Source of the DNA: Candidatus Nanohaloarchaea archaeon | GTDB lineage: Archaea > Nanohalarchaeota > Nanosalinia > Nanosalinales > Nanosalinaceae | NCBI GenBank assembly: GCA_042218325.1 | Contig: JBDGRE010000003.1 | Coordinates: 10,307 to 28,922, forward strand | Direction of reading: 5' to 3' | DNA: 18,616 nucleotides | Shown: positions 7,858 through 15,931 of the stretch, one piece after another | Position numbering within the stretch: the stretch's first letter is position 1 | How the letters are laid out: each line of letters opens with the position of its first letter | Program-made: the position numbers and the translations under genes | The notes under the pieces: model-generated | The model's input: the letters and a program-made list of their open reading frames with translations, nothing else | What the model was told of the DNA's origin: nothing | Databases searched by the model: none

Positions 7858-8586
7858 TCAGGCCGGGTTCCCTGCCGTAGGCGAGCCCTCTATCCATGCC
7901 TGTGCTACTTCTTCGTCTACTGTCCCGGCGCGGTAAGCAGCTTCCTCGGCCACCCGGGAAAGGTACCTGGTGAACCAGAAGTGGTACTTGCTGGCTTCGT
8001 TCTGGTACTCGGCGTTCGGCATCTCGCCCTCGTACTCCCGGACACGGTCAGAGTCGATGTCCTGCCCCGGCTTCAGCTCGAACATGAAGTTGTATGGTCT
8101 CTCCAGTGGGCCGAAGGAAAGACCGTCTCGGAAGTTGTCGACCGCCACCCGGTCGAAGCTGCGGCCGTCGAGCTGTTCACGGAAGGCGCTCCATACATCG
8201 TCACCTGTTTGCTCCAGCATATCGACAGCCCATTCAGCGGCTTTTCTGGACTTCCTCTCCCGTTGTACGAGAGTACGGAACCTGCTATCATAGTGGCTGT
8301 CGGCACCATAACCGGTCTCAGACCCAAGCCTTACTACTGTTTCACCACCCTCGCCGTTGAAGACCTCAAGATAATGGCCGCTGCCGAGGTCCGCCTTGAC
8401 ACTCTCGCCCCCGTCTTCGTTCCGGATAGGCTCGTACTCCTCCCGCTGCCTGTCAAGGTGCTCTATAGCCGTATCTACGTCGAGTGCGTGGACCTGTTCG
8501 CCGGCAAACTCCTGCGGGGGATAAGTCTCTTCCCGCACATCTTCAAGCTCCTCGACGGCAAAATCACGGAGTTCGAAATCATCCAT
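7858..8586 (-). CDS. Hypothetical acidic protein
   Basis: Long acidic ORF. Probable ATG at 8586, just downstream of an AT-rich TATA-like tract at ~8606-8617. Confidence 0.7.
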   Translation of the reverse strand: MDDFELRDFAVEELEDVREETYPPQEFAGEQVHALDVDTAIEHLDRQREEYEPIRNEDGGESVKADLGSGHYLEVFNGEGGETVVRLGSETGYGADSHYDSRFRTLVQRERKSRKAAEWAVDMLEQTGDDVWSAFREQLDGRSFDRVAVDNFRDGLSFGPLERPYNFMFELKPGQDIDSDRVREYEGEMPNAEYQNEASKYHFWFTRYLSRVAEEAAYRAGTVDEEVAQAWIEGSPTAGNPA

Positions 8587-8623
8587 AAGGACCGGTATAG
8601 CTCTCAAAATTTATATCTCTGCG

Positions 8624-9325
8624 CTATCCACCGGTGTACTCTCCTTCCTGTCGCCGGAAATCCTCCTCATCCATCTCCTCGTGGACGTGTGCGACGAGGC
8701 CCGGTGTTCTTGCGATGATGAAAAGGCCTTTGCCGAGCCGGTGGTCCCAGCCGAGGTCGCTCATGACAGCGGCGATAGCGCCGTCGACGTTGATGACCAG
8801 CTCGACTTTCTCCTGGGCGAACACGTCCCGTATGCTCTTCATCTTCTCGACCGCGCCGCCCGTGAGGCCGAGTTCCTCGGCTTTCTCGAATATCTTTTCG
8901 GTCCGCGGGTCTTCGCCTTCGTACACCTTGTGGCCGAGACCCGGTATCTTCTCGCCGGCCTCCTGTCGGTCCCTGACGATTTCTTCCGCCGTGAGCGGAT
9001 CTTGCAGCATCTCCATCGCGGCCTCTATGGCGCCGCCGTGAGCATCCCCGAGCGAGAGTATGCCAGCGGCGACCGAGGAGTTCATCGGGTTACCGCCGCT
9101 CTGGACTGTTCTCGCGGAAACTGTCGACGGGTTGCCGACGCCGTGGTCGATGCAGGAACTCAGTATCGTGTTGAAAATCTCGGACTCCTCCTCTGACGGT
9201 TTCTCCCCGGAAAGCACAAGCCAGATGGCGTCGGCGAAATCCATGTCCATCACATCCTCCAGTTCCTCGCCACGGATAACCGCGTCCTCCCCGCTCGACG
9301 AGATACCGGTCTTCCAGTCAGTCAC
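8624..9325 (-). CDS. Citryl-CoA lyase (citrate synthase fold, CCL module)
   Basis: IDHG..PSTVSAR, HGGAIE, IPGLGHKV, INVDGAIAA and GLFIIARTPGLVAH. Short (233 aa) like CCL, not a full citrate synthase. Confidence 0.88.
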   Translation of the reverse strand: MTDWKTGISSSGEDAVIRGEELEDVMDMDFADAIWLVLSGEKPSEEESEIFNTILSSCIDHGVGNPSTVSARTVQSGGNPMNSSVAAGILSLGDAHGGAIEAAMEMLQDPLTAEEIVRDRQEAGEKIPGLGHKVYEGEDPRTEKIFEKAEELGLTGGAVEKMKSIRDVFAQEKVELVINVDGAIAAVMSDLGWDHRLGKGLFIIARTPGLVAHVHEEMDEEDFRRQEGEYTGG

Positions 9326-10212
9326 AGTATCTCCTCCAGTTTCTCTCCTATCTCGTGGTGCACGTCTAACACATGTGCCCCTGCGTCCTCAAGTGCTTTA
9401 ACTTTACCCGAGGGAGTTCCCCTGTCTCCGCGGATTATGGCGCCGGCGTGGCCGTACTTCTTGCCTGGAAGGTCCTCCGTGAACCTGCCGGATATGAATG
9501 CAACCAGCGGCTTCGTGAAGCCGCCTTCCTCCAGCAGCTCCGCCGCTTTCTCCTCGTAGGTACCGCCGAGCTCTCCGAACATCACGACCGCGTCGGTCCG
9601 GTCGTCTTCCTCGAAGAGCTCCAGGGCGTCGGCGAACGTGGTCCCTGCTATCACGTCACCTCCAACTCCGGCGGCGGTCGAGACGCCGTATCCTGCCTGG
9701 TTCACTACCCACGATGTTTCCGTGGTCATTCCTCCGCTCTTCGATATCACGCCGACGCGGCCGGGCTCATAGACTTTCCCGGGCTCGTTGCCACCGATCG
9801 GTCCCAGCTTGCACTCGCCGGGCGTTATGATACCCACAGAGGTCGGACCTACCACACGGGCGCCTTTCTCCTGTGCTTTTTGGTAGATCCGCCAGGCGTC
9901 CTTCGTAGGTATCCTCTCTGTGATTATGTTCAGCAGCGGTATATCGTTCTCGAGCGCCTCGAACGCGGCATCTTTTGCCGCGAACGGTGGGACGTACACC
10001 AGCGACGCATTGATACCTGGGTGCTGCGCAAGGGCCTCCTGGACGGTGTCATACACCGGTACCCCGGCGACTTTCTGCCCTCCCTTGCCCGGGGTCACCC
10101 CCGCAGCGACATCGGTCCCGTATTCTATCATCTCCGGCACCTTTTCTGAGGCCTCCCTGCCTGTTATGCCCTGCACCAGCACCTTCGTATCCTTATCGAC
10201 GAGTATGGACAT
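9322..10212 (-). CDS. Citryl-CoA synthetase / ATP-citrate lyase alpha-type subunit (SucD-like, CoA-binding)
   Basis: VLVQGITG, GVTPGKGG, SKSGGMTTE and the phospho-His motif YGHAGA. Its stop overlaps the CCL start. Confidence 0.88.
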   Translation of the reverse strand: MSILVDKDTKVLVQGITGREASEKVPEMIEYGTDVAAGVTPGKGGQKVAGVPVYDTVQEALAQHPGINASLVYVPPFAAKDAAFEALENDIPLLNIITERIPTKDAWRIYQKAQEKGARVVGPTSVGIITPGECKLGPIGGNEPGKVYEPGRVGVISKSGGMTTETSWVVNQAGYGVSTAAGVGGDVIAGTTFADALELFEEDDRTDAVVMFGELGGTYEEKAAELLEEGGFTKPLVAFISGRFTEDLPGKKYGHAGAIIRGDRGTPSGKVKALEDAGAHVLDVHHEIGEKLEEIL

Positions 10213-10839
10213 CTATCCGAACACCTCCCGAATCTCCTTGAACGTCAACTCGTCAATTTTCCTGCCGTCCCAGCTTGTCCCAAAAGTGTCGTACTGCGTC
10301 ACCCAGACGAACTCCATGCCTACCTTCTGGCAGGCGGAGTCTATGTCGCCGCGGTTACCGAAGTAGACACATCTCTCACCGGCCACATCTCTTCTATCGA
10401 GGAATGCGTCGAATATCTGCCGGGAAGGTTTCCTTGCTCTGACCTCCTCCGATACCACGAACCCATCCACCTCTATACCCCTCTTTTCGAAGATCTCGCG
10501 GTAGAACTTCTTGGCCTCTTTCTTGTTATCGCTCAGTATCCCGATCTGGGAAATCTCCTCCTGTACCTTTTTCAGCTCGCCGAGGACCCCTGATTCTATT
10601 ATCCTGTTCCTTTTTCTTTCCATGTAGAGGTCGACCAGCTCATCCGCCTCCACCTCTATCCCCTCTTCGTCCAGCCAGCCCTGTATCGACTCAGGCACGA
10701 ACTCGTTGTAGCCCTCGAAAGGGTACTCCGGCGGGCTTTCCACCCCTCTACGCTTTAGCTCTTTCCTGAAGAACTTCCGGGAGAGTTGCCTGGACGGCGT
10801 GATAGTATCGCCGATGTCGAAGACAGGTATCTTGCTCAT
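10213..10839 (-). CDS. HAD-superfamily hydrolase
   Basis: Motif I FDIGDT, motif II ILSD, motif III RKP, motif IV YFGNRGDID. Confidence 0.85.
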   Translation of the reverse strand: MSKIPVFDIGDTITPSRQLSRKFFRKELKRRGVESPPEYPFEGYNEFVPESIQGWLDEEGIEVEADELVDLYMERKRNRIIESGVLGELKKVQEEISQIGILSDNKKEAKKFYREIFEKRGIEVDGFVVSEEVRARKPSRQIFDAFLDRRDVAGERCVYFGNRGDIDSACQKVGMEFVWVTQYDTFGTSWDGRKIDELTFKEIREVFG

Positions 10840-10921
10840 CGCTTTTCCACCATCTTCATCAAAACCTCATCAGTTTGCGTCGTCCGACTCCCAGGGTTTT
10901 CTAAGTCAGGCAAACCGCAAT

Positions 10922-12037
10922 TCATTCTATCATCTCCATGAGAACCTGCGCGGTTTGCGTCATCGGCGTGTCGTTCCGGAACAGCTTCATCTGCAGCCCG
11001 AGCTCTTCCCGGGTCTCCCTCAGCAGCTCGAACGCCCTGTCGGCGTTGGGGCCGTCGCGGCGCACGACTATCGGATAATGCGGCTCCTCCTCCCGCAGGG
11101 CCTGGCAGAAACCTTTCATCGTCCTGTATATATCCGTGTTGTTCGCGGTTCCGCCGACGTGCCAGAGACCTCGGAGACCTGGTTTCGACATTATGACCTT
11201 CGACAGCCGGTAGACTTTTTCCGCAGGAGGGTTGCCGCCGTACTCCGTGTAGTTCGCGGGATCGCCGCCGTACTCTATCAATGCGTCCATGTTCGTCAGC
11301 GAGGCCCCGCCGCCGGCGAGCATCATCGCGATATCTCCGTCCAGCTCCGTGTACTTGCCCGCGACCCCGCGGTGGTCGTCCTCGTCGATCTTCTCCGCCT
11401 CTATCTCCCTTTCCGTTTTCTCCCTGCCGAACTCTGAGCGCCCCGGGAAGTCACGGTCGTGGCGGTAGCTGGCGTCGTCTTCCAGTTCCATCATGGCGTC
11501 CAGCACCAAGAAGCGGTCGCCTGATTTCACGAGAGGGTTGACCTCCAGCATCCGGGCGTCCTCCTCGAAGAAGCAGCGGGCGATTTTCTCGATAGCTGAG
11601 CCCAGCTGCACGAGGTCTCCACTTCCAACACCGTTACGCCCCAGGAAGTCACGTATCCTCCACGGCTGCAGTCCCTCTATAACCAGTTGCGAGACCTGTT
11701 CGTCCTCGACCCCTGTACCGCCCTCGCTGGAGAACGCGAGAACAGGAGCCCGGCTATCGGTGTCGTACATCAGCCCGACATAGTATTCGTCCGAGTAGCT
11801 CACTCTCTCCTCCACAAGGACGTCCCCTACCTCGTGGCCGTTCACCTCACTACCCTTCATGGCCTCCGCGATATCACGGGCATCGTCCTGGCTGGAGGCG
11901 AACTTCACTCCGCCGTGCTCCCTACGATTCTTCGCGAGCACCTGGGCCTTCACCACCAGTTGCTCTCCGTCGCTCCGGGGGACTTCCAGACCATGGTCCT
12001 CGAGCAGCTGCTTGGCCTCGTTTTCGTATAGTTTCAC
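10922..12037 (-). CDS. ATP-citrate lyase beta-type / citryl-CoA synthetase ATP-grasp subunit
   Basis: Probable GTG start (MKLYENEAKQLL). ATP-grasp motifs VKAQV and LEVNPL. ACL-type citrate-binding domain: AGGGAS, ANYTEYGGNP, GGTANNTD, VVRRDGPN. Confidence 0.88.
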   Translation of the reverse strand: MKLYENEAKQLLEDHGLEVPRSDGEQLVVKAQVLAKNRREHGGVKFASSQDDARDIAEAMKGSEVNGHEVGDVLVEERVSYSDEYYVGLMYDTDSRAPVLAFSSEGGTGVEDEQVSQLVIEGLQPWRIRDFLGRNGVGSGDLVQLGSAIEKIARCFFEEDARMLEVNPLVKSGDRFLVLDAMMELEDDASYRHDRDFPGRSEFGREKTEREIEAEKIDEDDHRGVAGKYTELDGDIAMMLAGGGASLTNMDALIEYGGDPANYTEYGGNPPAEKVYRLSKVIMSKPGLRGLWHVGGTANNTDIYRTMKGFCQALREEEPHYPIVVRRDGPNADRAFELLRETREELGLQMKLFRNDTPMTQTAQVLMEMIE

Positions 12038-12087
12038 GGTTAGCAATCGAGGTCAATCGCTATAAAAGTTGAGCCGAACCCTTGTTT

Positions 12088-12606
12088 ATGGTCTACACCG
12101 GGAGAGGTGACGAGGGCGAGACCGACCTCGGATCCGGCGAGAGCATCGAGAAGGACGCGGGGCGCATCGAGGCCTACGGTACGGTCGATGAGCTGAACTC
12201 GGTCGTCGGCCTGGTGGCGTCGAAGGCGCCGGAGAAGATAGAAAAGTTCGAGCATATACAGAACGAGCTCCATGTACTGCAGGCCGAGCTCGCCAACATG
12301 AACTCGGAACACAGGATAACGGGGGAAGATGTGGAGCGACTTGAGCAGAGGTGCGACGAGCTGCAGCAGGAGCTGCCGCCCTTGAGAGATTTCATACTTT
12401 CCGGCGGTACAGAGGTCGCCTCCCTTCTTCACCTTGCGCGATCGGTAACGCGGAGAGCGGAGAGAAGGATAGTCGCCCTGAAGGAGGAGAAGTACATAAG
12501 ACCCGAGGTCCTCACATACATCAACCGTCTAAGCGACCTTTTCTTCCTGATGGCTCGGATGGACAACCACGAGAAGGGTGTAGAGGAGAAAAACCCGGAC
12601 TACTGA
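12088..12606 (+). CDS. pduO: ATP:cob(I)alamin adenosyltransferase, PduO/MMAB type
   Basis: VYTGRGDEGET, RIEAYGTVDELNS, FILSGG, ARSVTRRAER, YINRLSDLFF. TATA tataaaa at 12061. Confidence 0.93.
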   Translation: MVYTGRGDEGETDLGSGESIEKDAGRIEAYGTVDELNSVVGLVASKAPEKIEKFEHIQNELHVLQAELANMNSEHRITGEDVERLEQRCDELQQELPPLRDFILSGGTEVASLLHLARSVTRRAERRIVALKEEKYIRPEVLTYINRLSDLFFLMARMDNHEKGVEEKNPDY

Positions 12607-13356
12607 TCACATCTTCCGGTTCCAGTCGTCGCTCGAAAAGCGCTCTTCCGCCAGCTCCCGCGCCTTCTCAAGCTCTTTGCCGGTCAGCGAACCTTCTTCA
12701 CCGCCGTACTCTTGCTTGAACCGCGACTTCATCTCGTCGATGACATCCTGACGGCCCTGGTCGATATAATCCCTCATGACGGCCACGCGTTTCTCCGCTG
12801 ACTCGATAGCCTTGTCAGAAACTTTCTCCTTACCGATTCTCAGGGCCTTCAGCATGTTCCTTGTGTTCAGGTCATAGCTGAGCATCGTGTGGTGGAGCAC
12901 GCTGTCCTGCTTCCTCAGCTGGGCCGCGCCGCCTATCTTCCCGTCCTCATGTTCTATATCGTTAAGCGGCCTCCATTCCACTTCCAGGCCTGCATCCTGG
13001 AGGGCCTGTATCGCCCAGCGGTCGAGTTCCCTGTAGCTTTCCTCCACCTCGTCCGGCACCTGGTCCTTCGGTATGTATATAGAGTAGGTTATGACATCCC
13101 CCGGTTCGGCGTACATCGCGCCGCCACCGGTTATCCTCCTCACGACCTCGACGTCGTTATCCTCCACGTAGTTGTGCTGCACCTCGTCGCTGTAGCTCTG
13201 GAAGCGTCCCATCGGTATCGCCGGGTTCTGCCGGTGCCAGAAACGAAGCGTCGGCCGCATCTCCCCCTTGTCCAGCTTTTCGATCAGCACCTTGTCCAGT
13301 GCCTGGTGCACGGCCTCGCTGTACCTTCCCTCGTCGATTATGCGCCAGTCGGTCAC
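12607..13356 (-). CDS. lplA: Lipoate-protein ligase A, catalytic subunit
   Basis: VVRRITGGGAMY, NDI...GKIGGAAQ, LHHTM. Confidence 0.92.
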   Translation of the reverse strand: MTDWRIIDEGRYSEAVHQALDKVLIEKLDKGEMRPTLRFWHRQNPAIPMGRFQSYSDEVQHNYVEDNDVEVVRRITGGGAMYAEPGDVITYSIYIPKDQVPDEVEESYRELDRWAIQALQDAGLEVEWRPLNDIEHEDGKIGGAAQLRKQDSVLHHTMLSYDLNTRNMLKALRIGKEKVSDKAIESAEKRVAVMRDYIDQGRQDVIDEMKSRFKQEYGGEEGSLTGKELEKARELAEERFSSDDWNRKM

Positions 13357-13622
13357 TCTACCACCTCTTTCAGCGCGTCGGCCACGTGCTCCGGGGAGAA
13401 ACCTATCATGTCCGCTTCGACCTGCTCTATGGCCTCGACCAGCTCCTCCTTCGAGACCGAGGTCTTCATGCCGAGCACCGCGTCCTCGATCTCCTCAAGA
13501 GCGCGGGGAGGTTCGACGAAGAAATCACCTGCTATGGATATATCCGTGAAAACATCCTCGAACTCGGCCTCGACCTGTACAAGCTTGCCTTCCGGTACCT
13601 TGACCGTGGCACTTTCCTCCAT
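13353..13622 (-). CDS. lplB: Lipoate-protein ligase accessory (C-terminal domain) subunit, LplB-like
   Basis: KVPEGKLV..., ISIAGDFFVEP..ALEEIEDAVLG. GTGA overlap with lplA. Confidence 0.85.
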   Translation of the reverse strand: MEESATVKVPEGKLVQVEAEFEDVFTDISIAGDFFVEPPRALEEIEDAVLGMKTSVSKEELVEAIEQVEADMIGFSPEHVADALKEVVE

Positions 13623-13677
13623 AAAAATAAGCTCTCGGCCAAATTTATATACATTTGCAGCTCGAATCCCGACTCAG

Positions 13678-14436
13678 ATGTTAGAGGCAGGCGACCTTTC
13701 ATACAGGACTGAGGAAGGCGAAGGAACCCCGATAGTGTTCGTGCACGGCTGGCTCTGCACCAAGGACACCTGGAGGAAAGTAGAAGAAGAGCTCGAACTC
13801 AACAACCCGCTCGTTTTCTACGACCAGCGCTGCCACGGTGACTCCTCCTGCTCCGAATTCGACTTCGGTGACCTCGCCGAGGACCTGAAAAACCTGGTAG
13901 AAAAGCTCGGTATCGAGGAACCAGTGCTCGTCGGTGACTCGATGGGCGGCATGGTCTCGCTGAAGTACGCGGTAGAATACGACAACTTCTCGGGACTGTT
14001 CCTGACAGGTACCTCGGCCTCGACACCGGAACCGGAGAACTACTCGCCGCGGTTCTTCCTTGAAAAGTTCGGCTCGATGGACAGGCGGGCTTGGGCGCTG
14101 GAGATAGTCGAGAACTACGCCGCCGACACAGAACTGGAGGATGCAAAAGATGCCGCCCGCCGCACGCTCATAGAGGCCGGAGACACTGAAGTCATATACT
14201 CGCTCGGCTCCATGATGAGCTACGACGTCCGCGACCAGCTCAAAGAATTGAACGTGGAAGCAGAGGTCGTTGCCGGGACCCGGGACGGCGCTATAACGAT
14301 GGAAAAATCCCGGGAGCTCGCTGACCTGCTGGACTGCCGGCTACGCGAGATCGATGCGACCCACCTGATGCTTCAGGAGCAGCCGGGTGAAATCGCGGAT
14401 TTACTTGAGGATTTCGTGTCCAGCACGACCAGTTAA
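13678..14436 (+). CDS. Alpha/beta fold hydrolase
   Basis: ATG at 13678 after TATA tttatata. VFVHGW, YDQRCHGDS, nucleophile elbow GDSMGG, GTRD and catalytic His in ATHL. Confidence 0.9.
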   Translation: MLEAGDLSYRTEEGEGTPIVFVHGWLCTKDTWRKVEEELELNNPLVFYDQRCHGDSSCSEFDFGDLAEDLKNLVEKLGIEEPVLVGDSMGGMVSLKYAVEYDNFSGLFLTGTSASTPEPENYSPRFFLEKFGSMDRRAWALEIVENYAADTELEDAKDAARRTLIEAGDTEVIYSLGSMMSYDVRDQLKELNVEAEVVAGTRDGAITMEKSRELADLLDCRLREIDATHLMLQEQPGEIADLLEDFVSSTTS

Positions 14437-14466
14437 AAAAACTGGACCCTGAAATTTTCCTACCGT

Positions 14467-14494
14467 AGACACGGGGGTTGCCGAGTAAGGCTCA
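14467..14494 (+). repeat. Degenerate upstream copy of the tRNA-Leu 5' end
   Basis: agacacgggggttgccgagt (14467-14486) matches 14529-14548 at 19/20 and continues aaggc as if ggtca were deleted. Confidence 0.8.
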
Positions 14495-14532
14495 CCAACC
14501 CCACATAAAAACAAAACAACAGGTGAGCAGAC

Positions 14533-14681
14533 GCGGGGGTTGCCGAGTGGTCAAAGGCGCAGCGTTGAGGACACGACTTTCTCCGCCAGGAGAAGGTCGT
14601 TAGAGAAAATCGCGTCAGCGGTTTTCGACTGCAGATGCGCTGTCCCGTAGGGGTTCCGGGGTTCGAATCCTCGCCCCCGCA
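14533..14681 (+). tRNA. tRNA-Leu(GAG) with a 66-nt intron at 37/38 (intron 14571-14636)
   Basis: Acceptor GCGGGGG/CCCCCGC-A, D arm GCC..GGC, anticodon arm CAGCG-TTGAGG[intron]G-CGCTG, long variable arm, T arm CGGGG-TTCGAAT-CCTCG. Confidence 0.9.
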
Positions 14682-14733
14682 TCCAGCGGATGCTCAAGCG
14701 AGCGATTCGATAGTAGAAAGGCTTTCTTTCGAA

Positions 14734-14755
14734 TTCGAATCCTCGCCCCCGCATC
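14734..14755 (+). repeat. att-like duplicate of the tRNA-Leu 3' end
   Basis: ttcgaatcctcgcccccgcatc is identical to 14662-14683 (22 bp). Confidence 0.9.
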
Positions 14756-14791
14756 AAATATCAACACACCTGTAGTTCAGGCGAGAAACGT

Positions 14792-14866
14792 GGTGGAGGT
14801 AGGTTAGCTGGTCTATACTCCGACCCTGTGGCGGTCGGGACGCGGGTTCGAATCCCGCCCTCCGCC
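14792..14866 (+). tRNA. tRNA-His(GTG) with encoded G-1
   Basis: G-1 plus GTGGAGG pairs with CCTCCGC plus C73. Anticodon arm CGACC-CTGTGGC-GGTCG, T arm GCGGG-TTCGAAT-CCCGC, T-tract downstream. Confidence 0.93.
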
Positions 14867-15029
14867 CTTTTTCCCGGCGCCTCGAGCAGACACAAAATTG
14901 CGAAGTACAGGAATGGTACAGTGTCGCGCTTACAGGCCTGGAGCCCGGTTTTTAGCTCGGTTCAGTGTCTGCGGAGAGTAACCCGGAAAAGATAAAGAAA
15001 GAACCAGACGGAAGCGCTTTGGCTTCCGC

Positions 15030-15740
15030 CTAGTTGTTTGAGTCGTTGTTGTCGTCCGCGTTGTCGCTGCCGGAACTGTCGCTGTTGTCGGAATCGTCGC
15101 CATCCGAGCTGTCGTTGGTGTCGGTGTCATTGTTGACGTTCGAATCCTGGTCAACGTCGGAGTCGACATCCGAGTCGTCACCATCAGCAGTCTCGTTGTC
15201 CCTCTCTGTGTCAGATTCGTCACCGTCAGCTACTTCCTCGACATCTCCGTCGTCTACGTCGACATCTACATCCCTGTCCTCGTCGTCGACATCAGTCTCT
15301 ATCTCCTCGACGGAGTCTTCGACGCCCTCAACTGTCTGCTGTACCGTCACTGCTCCTGCGACGTTGACAGAACTAAGGGCCTGCTGGTGTCTCTGTGCGA
15401 CTGACTCGAATTCCTGCTCGAGCTCTTCTGCGACACTTGCGGCTTCCGCCATCTGCTCCTCGTAGTCTTCGAGGAGGTCATCTGCTTCTTCTACGTCTCC
15501 CTTCTTCTTGAGGGTGGTAGCCTCTGCGAGCCTTTCCTCTGCGATGTTGGCCTTACCTTTGCGTAGGCCGCATCACTCCAGATAAAGGGAGCGGATGCGA
15601 GGAATACGGCGTCCTCGACTGTCTGGTCTACCGGGTAAAGGAAGCTGCCGGCACTGCGCCAGCGTCCGTGAGCTGGGTGCTGCAGCGACCATACCGGTAA
15701 GCAACAGTCCGGTCGCGAATAGCGTGAGCGTCTTGTTCAC
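15030..15740 (-). pseudogene. Frameshifted secreted DUF5667-like protein with D/S/N-rich low-complexity tail
   Basis: Signal peptide MNKTLTLFATGLLLTGMVAA from GTG 15740. Successive frames then give QLTDAGAVP / GSFLYPVDQTVED...AYAKV / KANIAEERLAEA, which runs into the 15030-15452 ORF. Confidence 0.72.
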
Positions 15741-15931
15741 GGTTCTCACCGGGTACTGCCAGGTCGAACAAGCCTTAAACGGGAGGGAAGTTAAGGTGCC
15801 TTGATACTGGTTTCCGCGGCGTTCAGCCGCGTATAGAAACGGCCTTCACTTGTTCACTGGCGTTTAATTGCGGCGTGTATCAATAACACCAACTTAAAGG
15901 GCGGGCGACACCTCTTACACCGTGATTTGAG

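Noticed and set aside
9322-12037. Annotation as ordinary sucCD
   Set aside because: The beta subunit has ACL citrate-binding motifs and the cluster includes CCL.
12889-13677. N-terminal extension making the hydrolase a 515-aa ORF
   Set aside because: It overlaps lplA/lplB on the opposite strand. The real start is ATG 13678 after a TATA box.
14628-14637. CTGCAGA in the intron, resembling a tRNA-Cys anticodon loop (alternative splicing idea)
   Set aside because: No splice register places it as a 7-nt loop in the CAGCG/CGCTG stem, and the tRNA body has Leu identity (long variable arm, A73).
14551-14757. 68-aa minus ORF with a repeated MRGRGFE peptide
   Set aside because: It is the antisense translation of the tRNA-Leu 3' end and its duplicate.
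15030-15330. Repetitive gtc/gtt-rich DNA as a CRISPR or tandem array
   Set aside because: It is a low-complexity Asp/Ser/Asn coding tail with no repeat-spacer structure.
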